From the human T2T-CHM13v2.0 reference genome, Homo sapiens: 64,000 bases of DNA. Location of the stretch: NCBI RefSeq assembly GCF_009914755.1, contig NC_060925.1; one strand, 5' to 3'. Under the pieces are notes generated by a model. That model was not told the origin of the DNA. It saw nothing but the letters and a program-made list of their open reading frames with translations, and made no database searches. Shown here piece by piece: positions 43,707 to 58,769 of this stretch (the first letter of the stretch is position 1; each line of letters starts with the position of its first letter). The position numbers and the translations under genes are program-made.

Positions 43707-43948
43707 GTCGCTGGCTGTTGGGCCACAGTATTCCTCCCTGGGCTCGCAGCCCATCCTGTGTGCCAGCATCCCGGGCCTGGTCCCCAAGCAGCTCCGCTTC
43801 TGCAGGAACTACGTGGAGATCATGCCCAGCGTGGCCGAGGGCATCAAGATTGGCATCCAGGAGTGCCAGCACCAGTTCCGCGGCCGCCGGTGGAACTGCA
43901 CCACCGTCCACGACAGCCTGGCCATCTTCGGGCCCGTGCTGGACAAAG
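43707..43948 (+). CDS. WNT3A: WNT3A coding exon 2 (242 nt, Wnt domain N-terminal part)
   Basis: Acceptor ttgccctctgcag|G completes TG|G (Trp24). Translates SLAVGPQYSSLGSQPILCASIPGLVPKQLRFCRNYVEIMPSVAEGIKIGIQECQHQFRGRRWNCTTVHDSLAIFGPVLDK, with the Wnt motif ECQHQFRGRRWNC (Cys77, N87 sequon). Donor G|GTATGG at 43949. Confidence 0.98.
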
Positions 43949-44304
43949 GTATGGGGGTGGTCTGGGGGAGGGCAGATGAGTCTGGAGTGGGACAGAGTCT
44001 CCCGCCTAGCGCTGCCTGACATTCTCATCTGTGCACACGGTGGGAACAGTGCCTCACGCGGACGCTGGGGTCCTTCCCGCTTACCTCCAGGAGGACGGTC
44101 TGGGGCTGAAGCAGGACTGAGCCTGTGGGGTTATTCGGGTATCCCTCCTCCTCCTGCTCCCTGGAGAGGAAAGCGGGCATTCTAAGGTGACTCCAACCAT
44201 GGCCAGTGGCGGGGCTGCTCCCAGGAGCCAGGGCACAGGCCAGGCTTGCAGAGGAAATACACAAACTTAAAGACCTACAAGAAGGGAGAGGTTTGGGGGC
44301 ACCC

Positions 44305-44663
44305 TAGAGAAGAAAGAGAGACAGAGAGAAAGACAGAGAGAGACAGAGAGAGAGAAAGATAGAGACAGACAGAGACACAGAGAGAGACAGAGACACAGAC
44401 ACAGAGAGAGAGGAACAGTGAGACGGAGAAAGAGACAGAAAGATGCAGAGAGAGACAGAGAAAGACACACACAGAGAGAGACAAAGACAGAGAGAGAGAC
44501 AGAGAGGGACAGAGCGACCAAAAGAGAAAGACACAGAGGAATAGAAAGACAGAGACATAAAGATGCACAGAGACAGAGAGAGACAGAAATAGAGAGAGAC
44601 AAAGAGGGACAGAGAGAGACACACAGAGAGAAACTGAGAGACAGAGAGACAGAGACGGAGAGA
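44305..44663. repeat. GA-rich (CAGAGA)n-like low-complexity tract
   Basis: About 360 nt of AGAC/AGAG units. Confidence 0.92.
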
Positions 44664-46332
44664 ACATGGACAAGATTAAAACTTTAGCATCTTTTTTTAA
44701 AAAGTTGAGGTGAAATTCACATAACCGAAAATCCGCGATTTTAAAGTATTCAATTCAGTAGCATTTGGTATACTCACAGAATTGTGCAACCATCACCTGC
44801 CTAGTTCCAAAATATCTTTATCACCCAAAAAGGAAATCTGTGCGCATTAAGCAGCCATTCCCGTTCTTCTCCCTTCCATAGCCCCTGGCACCCACCCGCC
44901 TGCCTTCTCCCCTGTGATTTAGCTACTCTGCCTGTTTAAGAAACGGCATCACTCAATATTTTGCGTCTGGCTTTTTTTCACTGAGTGTGTTGATTCACCT
45001 GCACTGTGGATAGTTTCAGCACTTCATTCCTGTTCATGGGCTGAATAATATTCCATTGCATGGATGGAGCACACTGGTTTATTCGTTCTTCAGGTTGACG
45101 CATATGAGCGTGGTCTCCACCTTTTGGCTGCTGTGGCCTTTTCTTGGACATGCATGTGTTTGAACGCCGTTTTCACACCTTTTGGTTTCTGTATCTAGGA
45201 GTGGAATTGCTGGGTCACAGGGTAATTCTGTTTCGCTTTGCTTGACCTGGGAGGTCAAGGCTGCAATGGGCTGGAACCATCACACTATTTTCCACAGCAG
45301 TTGCACCATTTTATATTCCTACCAGTATTGTTTGAGGGTTCCAGATTCATCCTCACTGATACACTGTTTTCTGGTGTTTGTATTTCTTACTTCTGGCCAT
45401 CCTAGAGTGTGAAGTAGAACCTACTTCTGATTTCAGTTTGCACTTCTCTGATGACCGATGATGCCAAGCACCATTTCATGGGCTTTGGGGCCATTTGAAG
45501 ACCTTCTTTGAAATGTTTAGTCAAGTCCTTTGCCCATTTTTAAATTGGATTCTTTGTCTTTTTGTTGTTGAGTTGTGAGTGTTCTTTATATATTCTGGAT
45601 ACTGGATGTGCATCAGATGTATGATTGGTGAATATTTCTCTCTCATCGTGTAGGTTTTTTTCATTTTTGTGAGAGTGTCCTTTGATACACAAAATTTTTT
45701 AATTTTGGTGAAATCCAGTTTATATAGATGTCATACTGAAGCAAGAATTAGCTAACATAAGGTCACAAAGATTCACATCTATGTTTTCTTCAAAGAACCT
45801 AATAGTTTATCTTTTACTTTGAAGTATTTAATCTATTTTGAGCTCATCTTTTTATATGGTATGAGGTAGGAATCTAACCACATTTTTTTGCATATGGAAA
45901 TTCAGTTATTCCAGTACCTTCTATGGAAAAAACTGTTCTTTTTCCCATCAAATGGTCTTGGCACCCTTGTTGAAAATCAATTGGTCATAGATGTATAGGT
46001 TTATTTCTGGACTCTCAATTCCAGTCTATTGGTCTGTATGTCTGTCCTGTCACCAATACCACATTATTTTGATTGTTGTAGCTTTGTGGTATGTTTTGAA
46101 ACTGGGAAGAGTAAGTTTTCCAGCTTTGTTCTTTCTTTTCCAGATTGTTTGGGGGGGACAGGAAAAAAGATTGTTTTGGCTATTTGGGGTCCCTTTCAAA
46201 TATATGTAAATTTTAGGAGCAGTTTTTCCATTTGTGCAAAAAAAAATGCTGCTGGGATTTTCATGGGGATTTCACTGATTCTGTAGGTTGCCTTGGGAAG
46301 CATTGCCTCCTTAACAATATTAAGTTATTTAA

Positions 46333-46689
<357 letters not shown>

Positions 46690-46805
46690 TCTGTAATTTC
46701 TTTCAGCCATGTTTTGTAGTTTTCAGGGTATGAGTTGTGTACCTCCATGGTTAATGTATTCCTAAGTACTATTTTTCTTTTTGATGCTATTGTCAATGGA
46801 ATCAT

Positions 46806-47138
<333 letters not shown>

Positions 47139-47881
47139 TAATATATAGAAATTTAACTTTTTAATCAAGAAATACATTTTTTTTTTAGTTTTGATCCTCA
47201 ACTGTAACCCTGCTTAATTTGTTTGTTAGCTTTGAGAGGGTTTTGGTGAATTGTGTAGAATTTTCTACATATAAATTGATGTCATCTGTGGATGGAAACT
47301 GCCTCCTTTCTTCCTATTTGAATGTCTTTTATTTCTTTTTCTTTCCTGATTGCTCTGGCTAGGACTTCCAGTGCTATGTTGAACAGAAATGGTAAAAGTA
47401 GGCATCCTTCCCTCGCTCCTGATCTTAGGGTGAAAACTTTGAGCTGCCTGCATATATGGTGTTGGCTGCAGGTTTTTCTTTCTTTCTTTTTATTTATTTA
47501 TTTTTAATTTCTATTTCAATAACTTTTGGGATACAAGTGTTTTTTTGTTACATGGACAAATTGTTAGTGGTGAACTGAGATTTTAGTGCACCCCTCACCT
47601 AAATAATGTACATTGTAACCAATATGTAGTGTTTTATCCCTGGCTTCCCTCCCAACCTCCCTCTTCTGAGTCTCCAGTGTCCATGATATCACTCTGTATG
47701 CCTTTGTGTTCTCATAGCTTAGCTCCCACTTATAAGTGAGAACATAGGATATTGGTTTTCCACTCCTGAGTTACTTCAGTTAGAATAATGGCTTCCAGAT
47801 CCATCCAAATTGCTGCAAATGACATTATGTAAATCCTGTTAATGTCTGAGTAGTATTCCATGGTGTATATATACCACATTT

Positions 47882-48215
<334 letters not shown>

Positions 48216-49331
48216 TGATGGGCACTTAGGCTGGTTCCACATGTTTGCAATTGGGAATTGTGCTGCTGTGAACATATGTGTGCAAGTGTCTTCTTCATAT
48301 AATGACTTCTTTTCCTTTGGGTAGATACCCAGTAGTGGGATTGCTAGATTGAATGATAGAACTACTTTCAGCTCTTTAAGGAATCACCATACTGTTTTCC
48401 ACAGTGGTTGAACTAATTGACATTCCTACCAGCAGTGTATAAGCATCCTCTTTTCCCCACATCCATACCAACATCTATTATTTTTTGATTTTTCAATAAT
48501 GGCATCCTTGCAAGAGTAAGGTGGTATCTCGTTGTGGTTTTAATTTGTGTTTCCCTCATGATTAGTGATGTTGAGCATTTTTACCTATGTTTTTTGGCCA
48601 TTTGTACATCTTATTTTGAGAATGTCCATTCATGTCCCTTACCCACTTTTTAATGGGATTATTTGTTTTTTCTTGCTGATTTGTTTGAGTTCCTTGTCAA
48701 TTCTGGATATTCGCCTTTGTCAAATGTATGCTTTGTGAATATTTTCTCCCACTCTGTGGGTTGTCTGTTTACTCTGATGATTATTTCTTTCTGTGTGCAG
48801 AAGCTTTTTAATTCAATTAGGTCCCATTTATTTATTTTTGTTTTTGTTGCATTTGTTTTGGGGCTGTTAGTCATGAATTATTTGCCTAGGTTGATGTCTA
48901 GAAGAGTTTTTCCAATGTTGTCTTCTAGAATTTTTATAGTTTCAGGTCTTAGATTTAAGGCTTTGATCCATCTGGAGTTGATTTTTGTATAAGGTGAGAG
49001 ATGAGCATCCAGTTTCATTCACCTACATGTGGTTTGCCAGTTTCCCCAGCACCAATTATTAAGTAGGGTGACCTTTTTCCAATTTATGTTTTTGTTTTCT
49101 TTGTCAAAGATCAGTTGTCTGTACATTTTTGGCTTTATTTCTGGGTTCTCTATTCTGTTCCATTGGTCTATGTGCCTACTTTCATACAAGTTCCATGCTG
49201 TTTTGGTCACTATAGCCTTGTAGTATAATTTGAAGTTTGCTTCAAATTAGTATAGTAGTATAATTAGTAGTATAATTTGTTTTTGCTTAGGATTGCTTTG
49301 GCTATTTGGGATCTTTTTTGGTTACATATAA

Positions 49332-49674
<343 letters not shown>

Positions 49675-50749
49675 TAGGATTGTTTTTCCTAATTCTGTGA
49701 AAAATGATGTTGGCATTTTGAGGGGAATTGCCTTGAAGCTGTAGATTGCTTTGGGCAGTATTGTCATGTTCACAATATTGATTTTTACTGTCCATGAGCA
49801 TGGGATGTGTTTCTGTTTGTTTGTGTAGTCTATGATTTTCTTCAGCGGGGTTGGCTGCAGGTTTTTCACAAATGCCCTTTATCCAGTTGCCCCAGGTGGC
49901 AGTGGCTTTATTTAACTTTCAAGGTTTTCAAAGACCACCCTTCAATTAGCCACTGCTCTCTCCTGAGACAGTTCTGAGTTAGGCAAAACGAGTTTTTTTT
50001 TTACCCAGACAGGTTAAAACAGACAAACAATTCCTTGGGGAAAAGGTCTGCTCCGCTCCCTCCAGAACTATCCACCCACCTGGGGAACGCCGGCCTTCAC
50101 TGTCCCAGGCAGGTTTGTAGGCACCACCACATGAAAACACTACCAGGCTCTCCTAGCAAGTCAAGGTCATCATTTCCTCAAGTTGGCATTCAGTGGGTTG
50201 CGGTGACCCTTTGACTACTTTCCAGAGAGCTAACAATGTCGGTACTAACCGTTTGTGTCTAATTTTTTGGAGGGCCCTTGGAGCTTCCTTTTGGGTTCCA
50301 GGCTGCGTTCTGGGGTAGAGGACACAGATCCCACCACTCGATGGAGCATCAAGGTCACCTTGGGAGACCCACATGTAGGGCGGAATGTGCATAGTACCAT
50401 CCACCCCAGGGTGGCTCAGCACAGTCCTGCCGGCAGAGGCGGGGCCCAGGGAACCACAGCTGTGCTGAGCATGTGGTCAGCAGGCCGAGGAGACTTTGGA
50501 GACCATGGTGCCGAAGGAAGGCTACTCAGACAAAGCGAGACAGGTCACGCTGGGAAAGTCCTCCCAGGGACCTTGCAGTCCTGGGGGTCCTGTTGGCAGA
50601 ATGCCCAAGGCCAGAGTTCATCTCACTTCTCCACAAATCTGCTTCCCCGCTGTCTCCCTCATTTTATAACGGACAACCCCAGTTCTCTGTTGCTTAGGTC
50701 AAAAACCCTGGGCCCCTGGCTGCCACCTTACCCTCCTCCCTGTCCTCCC

Positions 50750-51685
<936 letters not shown>

Positions 51686-52519
51686 CTCTCTGTGTCTTCC
51701 AGCCCCACTGGCCTCTTGGCTGCTTCTCAAACACTGAGCATGATGCCCCCTCCCTCCCACCTTTGCACTTTGCAGTCCCTCTGCCAGGAACACCCTTTCT
51801 CCTGTAGTAATTCCCACAGGCCCTCTCAGGAGTGTCCCCCACGCTTGCTCCTATCCCCCAACCCTGCTTCACAGCCTCTGGTCAGCCCCATGAGCTGATG
51901 ATTCTGTGGAAGGACAGCATGGCCTTGCTCAGCCCCTGCAGCCAAATGCGAAGGAAGACCACAAGTCCTTTGGAGGGGAGGTGCCTGGCCCTGGGGGGCC
52001 TGGCATGTGCACTGACCAGGAGAGCTCCTGAGTGTGCAGCTGACACTGCCTCCAGGGCTGGTGGGGCCTGGCTGAGGCCATCCATGGGCAGGAGCCCTCC
52101 AGCATCCAGTGGCCATGGCCACGCCCCAGCCCTCATCACGGGCCTGTGTTCTTCAGGCGTGGGGAAGGCACCGTGGGGCAGAGAGTGGGGACCCGAGGGT
52201 CAGGCTCAGAGTCCGGGCACTGGTCACTGTGGGTCTGGGATGAGGAGGACGTCCCTGAAGGACAAGTCAGGGTCCCTGTAGGAGAAGAAACTGGAGCTTG
52301 GGGAGCTTGGATGGTGGCCTTCCTGTGATCTTGAGTGAGAGGCAGCTCACTTCCTGGAGCATCAGCCTCCCATTTATAAAGTGGAAGAATACTTACAGCT
52401 TGTCAGACCTCACAGAGCTGCTGGCTGGGGTAATACACCACGCAGCTCCCCTGGAGATAGCTGCCAGGGTGCACAGGAGTCAGGTCCCAGGGCCGTGCAG
52501 CTCATCGAGCGTGTCCAAG

Positions 52520-52780
52520 GGTGTGTGTGGCGTGTGATGCATTGTGTGTATGTGAGTGTGCACGTGTGTGGGAATGTGGTGTGATGTGTCATGTGTGCAC
52601 ATGCATGTGGTGTGTGGGGTGTGTGCCTGTGCATGTGTGTGCATGTGTATGTGTCAGGTGTAGTGAATGTGTATGTGGTTTGGTGGATACATGTGCCTGT
52701 GCATGGGTGTATGTGGATGTGCCTGTGCCGTGTGCATGTGGCTGTGGCATGCATGTGCATGCCTATGTGTGCATGTGATG
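52520..52780. repeat. (TG)n/(CATG)n alternating purine-pyrimidine tract
   Basis: Direct reading. Confidence 0.9.
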
Positions 52781-53551
52781 CAGTTGCTGCCCGCTAGGGT
52801 TCCTGGGCTGTGCTGTAGCCAGTGGTGGCATGGAGGGAGGCATGGGCAACATATACACTGCAAAAGGCCAAGAGCACCAGACTGGGCCCTGTGCCATGTG
52901 CTTGCTGGCTCCAGAGCCAGGATGGGGTGCTTAGGGCTGCCACTCCCCCTCTGAGAAGGAAGCAGCGATTTTAGGAAGAAAGCAGGAAGCCTGTCCTGCT
53001 TGGAGCCATACCAGGTGATGGAGGAAGGCTGTGCTGCATGGGGTCAGAGGGGAACATGCCATTCCCTAAAGCCCTGCTACCCTCGGGAATCTTTAGGATA
53101 TTTCATTGCCCTCCAGAATGTCAGGGTGTCTCTCACTTGTGGAAGCAGGGAGGACATCTCACTTGCCAAAGCGGGGAGGGCTCCTGCCCATGGACGGCAT
53201 CAGCTCACTGACTCCAAACCTGGGCATCTGAGCCCAGCTGGAGGCCAGGAGGAAGCTAGCCTCATGAGTCACACCATTCAGGAACCCTTGGGTCTGTCCT
53301 CCAAGCTGAGCCTTGGGGAGCCTGTGCATCACTGTCTGGATTGGACGATGCCCATGGAAAGGCACAGATCTGCACAGATGGGAATCCCAGCCAGCAGATT
53401 GGCTGGGGGCCCAGCCAGCTGAATGCAAAGCCCCAAAGTCGGTGAATAGCACTGGGTCCTAAACCTGATGGCAACTCCAGCTGCTTCAAGGAAAGGCCTA
53501 TGAACGAGTCCTGCTCTGGAGTCCCCAAATCTATGGTCTAGGAGCCTGGTC

Positions 53552-55600
53552 ATATACCAGAACTTCCTTCCCTTTTATGGCTGAGTAATATTCCATTGTA
53601 TGGATAGACCATATTTTGTTTATCCATTCACTCACTGATAGGCATTTGGGTTTTTTCAATTTCTTGACTATTATAAATAATGCCTTTTGTGTGAATGTGT
53701 ATTTTCAGTTCTCTCTGGCATATACCTAGGAGCAGAATTGGGTCACAGAGGAACTCCATGCTTAACTTTTTGAGGAACTGTCAAACTATTCCAGAGTGTC
53801 TGCACCATTTTACATTCCCATCAGCAGGGTCTGAGGATTCTGATTTCTGCACATCTTCATGAGCACTTGTGATTTTCTGCTTGTTGTTTTTGTTCTAGCC
53901 ATCCTAGTGGGTGTGAAGCAATGTCTCACTGAGGTTTTCATTTGCATTTCCCTGATATCTAAGGATGTTGAGCATCTTTTCATGTGCTCATTGGCCATTT
54001 GCCTCTCTTCCTTGGAGTAATGTTATTCCATTCTTCCACCCACATTTTAATTGGGTTATTTGTCTTTTTGTCGTTGAGTTGTAAGAGTGCTTTATATAGT
54101 CTGCATACAAGTCCCTTATCCAATACATGACTTGCAAATATTTTCCCCCATTCTGTGGGTTGTCTTTTCACTTGCTTGATGGTGTCCTTTGATACATGCA
54201 AGATTTTAATTTTGACGAATTCCAAGTTATCAGTTTTTTATTTGGTTCCTTGGCTTTTGATGCCATATCTAAGAGACAATTGCCTAACCCAAGCTCACAA
54301 AGATCTACTCTTCATTAGGTTTTTTTTAAATAAGAGTTTTAGCGTTTTAGTGCTTACATCTCGGTCTTTAATTTTCATCGACGATGTGAGGCAGGGATCC
54401 AATCACATTCTTTTGCATGTGGAAATCCAGTTATTCCAGCACAATCTGTTGCAGACTGTTCTTTCCCCTTTGAATAGTCTTGGCAACTTTACTGCAAATC
54501 AGTTAGCCCTAGATGTATGAATTTATCTCTGTGCTCTTTATTCTATTCCATTGTTCCATATGTCTGTCTTTATGCCAGTGCCACACTGTTTTGATTATTG
54601 TAGTTTTGTAGTGTTTTGAAATTAGAACATGTGAGTCCTCCTGCTCGTCTTTCTTTTCAAGGTTATTTTGGCTATTTGGAGACAATTACAGTTCCATGTG
54701 AGTTTTAGGATTAGCTCATCAATTTCTGCAAAAAAAGCTTAGATTTTTAGAAATTGTGTTGAATGTGTAGATCGGTTTGGGAAATATTGTTCTACTAATA
54801 TTATGTCTTCTGGTCCATGAACATAGGATATCTTCCTATTTAGGTCTTTAATTTCTTTCATGACATTTTGTAGTTTTCAGCATACAAATCTTGCACTTAT
54901 TTTGTTAAATGTATTCCTTAAGTATTTTATTATTTTTGATGCTGTTGTGAATGAAATTGTTTTATTAATCTCATTTTTTAATTATTTGTCACTAGTGTAT
55001 AGAAACACAAATGAGGCCAGGTGCAGTGGCTTATGCCTGTAATCCCAGCACTTTGGGAGGCCAAGACAGGGAGATCATTTGAGGTCAGGGGTTCAAGAAC
55101 ACCCTGGCCAACATGACAAAACCCTGTCTCTACTAAAAATACAAAAATTAGCCAGGCATGGTGGCACATGCCTGTAGTCCCAGCTACTCAGGAAGCTGAG
55201 GAACAAGAATCACTTAAGCCCAGGAGGCGGAGGTTGCAATGAGCTGAGATCACACCACTACACTCCAGCCTGGGCAACAGAGTGAGACTCTGTCTCAAAA
55301 AAACACACACACATACGCACACACACATACACACACAAATGATTTTTAATATAGATCTTGTACTCTGTAACCTTGCTGGAGTTGTTGATCAGTTCTAATG
55401 TATTTTTTAATTTGCAGATTCATTAGGGCTTTCTACGTATAAGATAGTTTTATTTCTTCCTTCCAATCTGGATGCAGTTTTTTCATTTTTCTTCCTTAAT
55501 TGCCCTGGCCAGAGCCTCCAGTGCCATGATGAATAGCAGAGTTGAGAGTGGACAAACAGCTTTCAGTCTTTCACCACTGGATAGGATGTTAGCTGCAGGT
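53552..55600 (-). mobile_element. Antisense L1MB-type fossil
   Basis: Minus ORFs [35 protein letters not shown] and LEALARAIKEEK are L1 ORF2. Confidence 0.88.
55015..55337 (+). mobile_element. Alu (AluS-like) with (CA)n tail
   Basis: Dimer; ACACAAATGA direct repeat on the flanks. Confidence 0.94.
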
Positions 55601-57099
55601 AGGCCCCTCTTGCTTTTAAACTTAGTAGTTCTAGATGTGAGAAAAACTTTGTTCACATAAATAAATAGATAAAAATGGGAGCACTTAGTTACCATGCATC
55701 TCTCAATTCTTTGAATTTTTTTAGAGTTATATATGCCAAAAATCACATGGTGGCCTATCATCAAAATGTGAAAAAATCCTATCAGCCCATGACTCAGTTA
55801 GGTCCTCCTTAAAGTTTGTGGAAAACAGGGAATTAAAGGTGCCTGATTTTCACAAGTCCCAGTCATTATCAATGGCTCCCACTCTTGCTTTCTGGGAGAA
55901 ACTCCCTAGGGTATGGCACACTCCAGGAAGATCCAGGAGTCTCCTGGAACAAGAGCTGGGACCCTTGGGGGTCTCCCATGGGTCTGGTGTGTGACAGCAT
56001 CCCTATAGCATATGCCACACAGGTATACATGTGGCGCAAATGTACACAGTCGGTCCCCTGGGAAAGCACAGAGATGCACTCTGCCACACAGCATATGCTT
56101 AGAAATGATGTATTAAGCCAGTGACCTAAGGACAATGGTGCATGACTCGGGGAATCCCAGGAGGGCTTCCCAGGGGAGGTGGCCCCTGGGCTGAATCTTG
56201 AAGGATTTTCTTCCTTTAAAACACACACATATGCAGTATTTTCTAGGCACCATTTAAGTGTTCGACACACCATGGCCAGTTGAATCCTCATGCCCATCTG
56301 TTGAGGCCAGCAGTGCGGTGACCCTGTTTTACAAATGAGGAAGCAGAATCACTGTGACAAAGCAGAGACGTGAACCTTGGCAGCCTGGCTCCAAAGTCCC
56401 CAGGCAGAGGGGACAGCCCATGCCAAGGTTGGGGCTGACGTGGGGGTGAGCAGAGCCCTCAGGCAGGCCCAGCAGTGACAGAGCCTAGCTGGAGCATACA
56501 GTTTAGGAATCACTGGAGGAACCCCAAGCCCACAGGGAGGGCAGGTGCAGCCCGGGAGGAAGCAGAGAAGGTAGGACTCCAGAGGATACCCGGTCCCCAT
56601 GTGTGCATCCCTCCGGGCAGGGCGGGGATGGATCTGAGCGGTCACTGAGAATTTCTCAATGGGGCTCTTGGATTAATGCCGCAGGCTCTCCAGGGGCAAG
56701 TGGGCCTCACAGATGCCCAGGTCCTGCCCTAAGGTGCCAGCGTTGGGTTGGGGCGGGGAGCCCCCATTTCCGGTTGTTTTCCTGCTGCTATGCCGGCCTC
56801 TCTGCAAAGGGCTGAGCTCCTGCTGTGCTTCTAGCCTCCCCTCCCATCCCACTTACCTCCCCTGGACCCTCTCCTTCTCCCCTTCTCTGATCCTACTACC
56901 CCCTTCTCCTCCCCTTTCTGATAGAGGAACACAGTCTGGAACCCCTCCTACCTCCTCATGGCTTAAATAGGTTTAAGTAGGAAAGGGGAAGTCCCGGCTC
57001 CTCCCTCCTGCCTGCCATGGGGACTCAGAAATGCTTGGAGTCCTGGTGGCCTGGGAGGAAGGAGCCCGCCGGGTGCCTCAGAGAGAGGCCTGCTCAGGA

Positions 57100-57200
57100 G
57101 GCCATTGTGGAGGCCCTGGCTGCGCTCTCCATAATCATATGATTGGATTAGGGTCAGGGCAACCCTAATCATGTCAAAGGTCACCCCAGGCTTTGTGGCA
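57100..57200. promoter_or_regulatory. Candidate homeodomain/SOX/nuclear-receptor enhancer core
   Basis: CATTGT, palindrome AATCATATGATT, inverted GATTAGGGT/ACCCTAATC, TGTCA and AAAGGTCA all within 85 nt. Confidence 0.45.
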
Positions 57201-57295
57201 GTGGCCACAGGGTGCCTGACCACCCCTGCCAAGATGGCCTTGTTGAACACAGTTAAAAACCCTCAGTCAGCTGTGAAGAGAGGGGCCCAGCCTCT

Positions 57296-57447
57296 TGTGT
57301 GTGTGTGCACATGTGAGTGTACACCCTAGCGTGTGCATTGTGAGGGGTGCATGTGTGTGCCTATATGTGCACATAAGCCATATATGTGCATGCCTGTGTG
57401 TATGCATGTGCATGTGTGTGTGTGTGTGTGCATGAGTGTGAACATAT
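57296..57447. repeat. (TG)n/(CATG)n tract
   Basis: Direct reading. Confidence 0.88.
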
Positions 57448-58769
57448 GAAGGAAGAAGCTTCATATCCTCACACCTCCTGCTTTCAGCCCCATCTGCCGT
57501 CCACCTGGCCTGGGGCTGGGGACTGGGGCCACCAGACTGAGGCTGGGAGAAACCATCAGTCCTTGGAACATGGGGCTCTGTCACAGAAGCTGAGCCTGGT
57601 CCCTGAAGAGCCCTCTCTTCTGGGGTCCAAAAGGAGCAGGACATTCAACCTGCCTGGGGTAGAAAGCATTTGAGGAATTTTAAGTGCATGGAGACTGGGC
57701 ACACCGTGCAGCTTCTCTGTCCCCTGCCGCAGGACCCAGGCACTGGGAGGGCTCACTTCCCTGCAGAGCTGGAGACACCTCACTCTTGACCCCTGGCAAG
57801 GTAAAGCTGGCAAGGACACAGGTACAGAGAAAGGGCAGGGACGGCTGCAGTGGATGCAGCAGCCCAGGGCCCAGCAGCTGGATCTCAGGCAGCACGTGGC
57901 TCTGCAGAGAGCCTGGCCTGCTCTAGGCCAGGTGGGGCATGTGCTCCTTAGAGAAGGGGACAGAGGCCAGGAGCGGGCGAGGCCTGGAGCCTAGGGATGC
58001 CACCTGTGCCCACATGCTCGGTGCCCTCTAACATGGGCTGGGCCCAGGAGTCCCCCCGGGCCCTGGCACCTGCCAGATAGGTCGGGGGGAGTGGAGTGGC
58101 ATGGGGAGGTATGCAATCTCTTGTGCTTCCCAAGTAAGTGTGCTTCCCACAACTCCCGGTGGACACTTCCCAGAGCCCTGGGGTTTGCTTCTTCGTACCC
58201 AGTGTGGGTGGGGCCTGCAGCAGTGGCCCTCCCACTCAGCCTTCACACACCACCCCCTCTTCAAGCATTTCCAGTCCCCACCCCCTGCCCTATTCTGTGA
58301 ACCCCAGGGTATCCCCACTCAAAGCACACGGCCAGATTCCTGGTTGGTGCCCCAGGACCCCTCCAGCCCCAAAGGGTGGGGAGAGTAATGAAAGGGTCCT
58401 GCGCACCACATGTCAGTAAGCCTTGTTGGGTGCCCCACAAGTCCCCCTTCATCTCTCCAACGTCTTCCCCAGGCAGGAGACAGCCCAGCCTCCTCTCCTC
58501 CCCGCTGAGCCCCCAGGAGCCCCTCGGGGGTGGTCCGCCACCTCCCTGTGTGTCCCCTGCCTATGAGGGCCGGCACAGGGGTGGGGCCTGCCTGCTAGGA
58601 CATGGGGACACACAGGGCAGCTCTTTAGGGAACCAGCGTCCCCAAAGCCAGGTTGCGACCCCTGACCCCCCCCATCGGAAAGTGTTGCCGTTTAAGATGC
58701 GTTGGGGTGGGGGGCTCCCCTGGCTCCAGCGGCCTCTCTGGTATATCATTAACTCTCCCCAGTGGGAGG

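Noticed and set aside
43486-44019. 177-aa ORF as a standalone gene
   Set aside because: Only 43707-43948 is Wnt-like and it is bounded by canonical splice sites; the rest is intron read-through.
43681-44028. Minus-strand ORF over exon 2
   Set aside because: Antisense shadow of GC3-rich codon usage.
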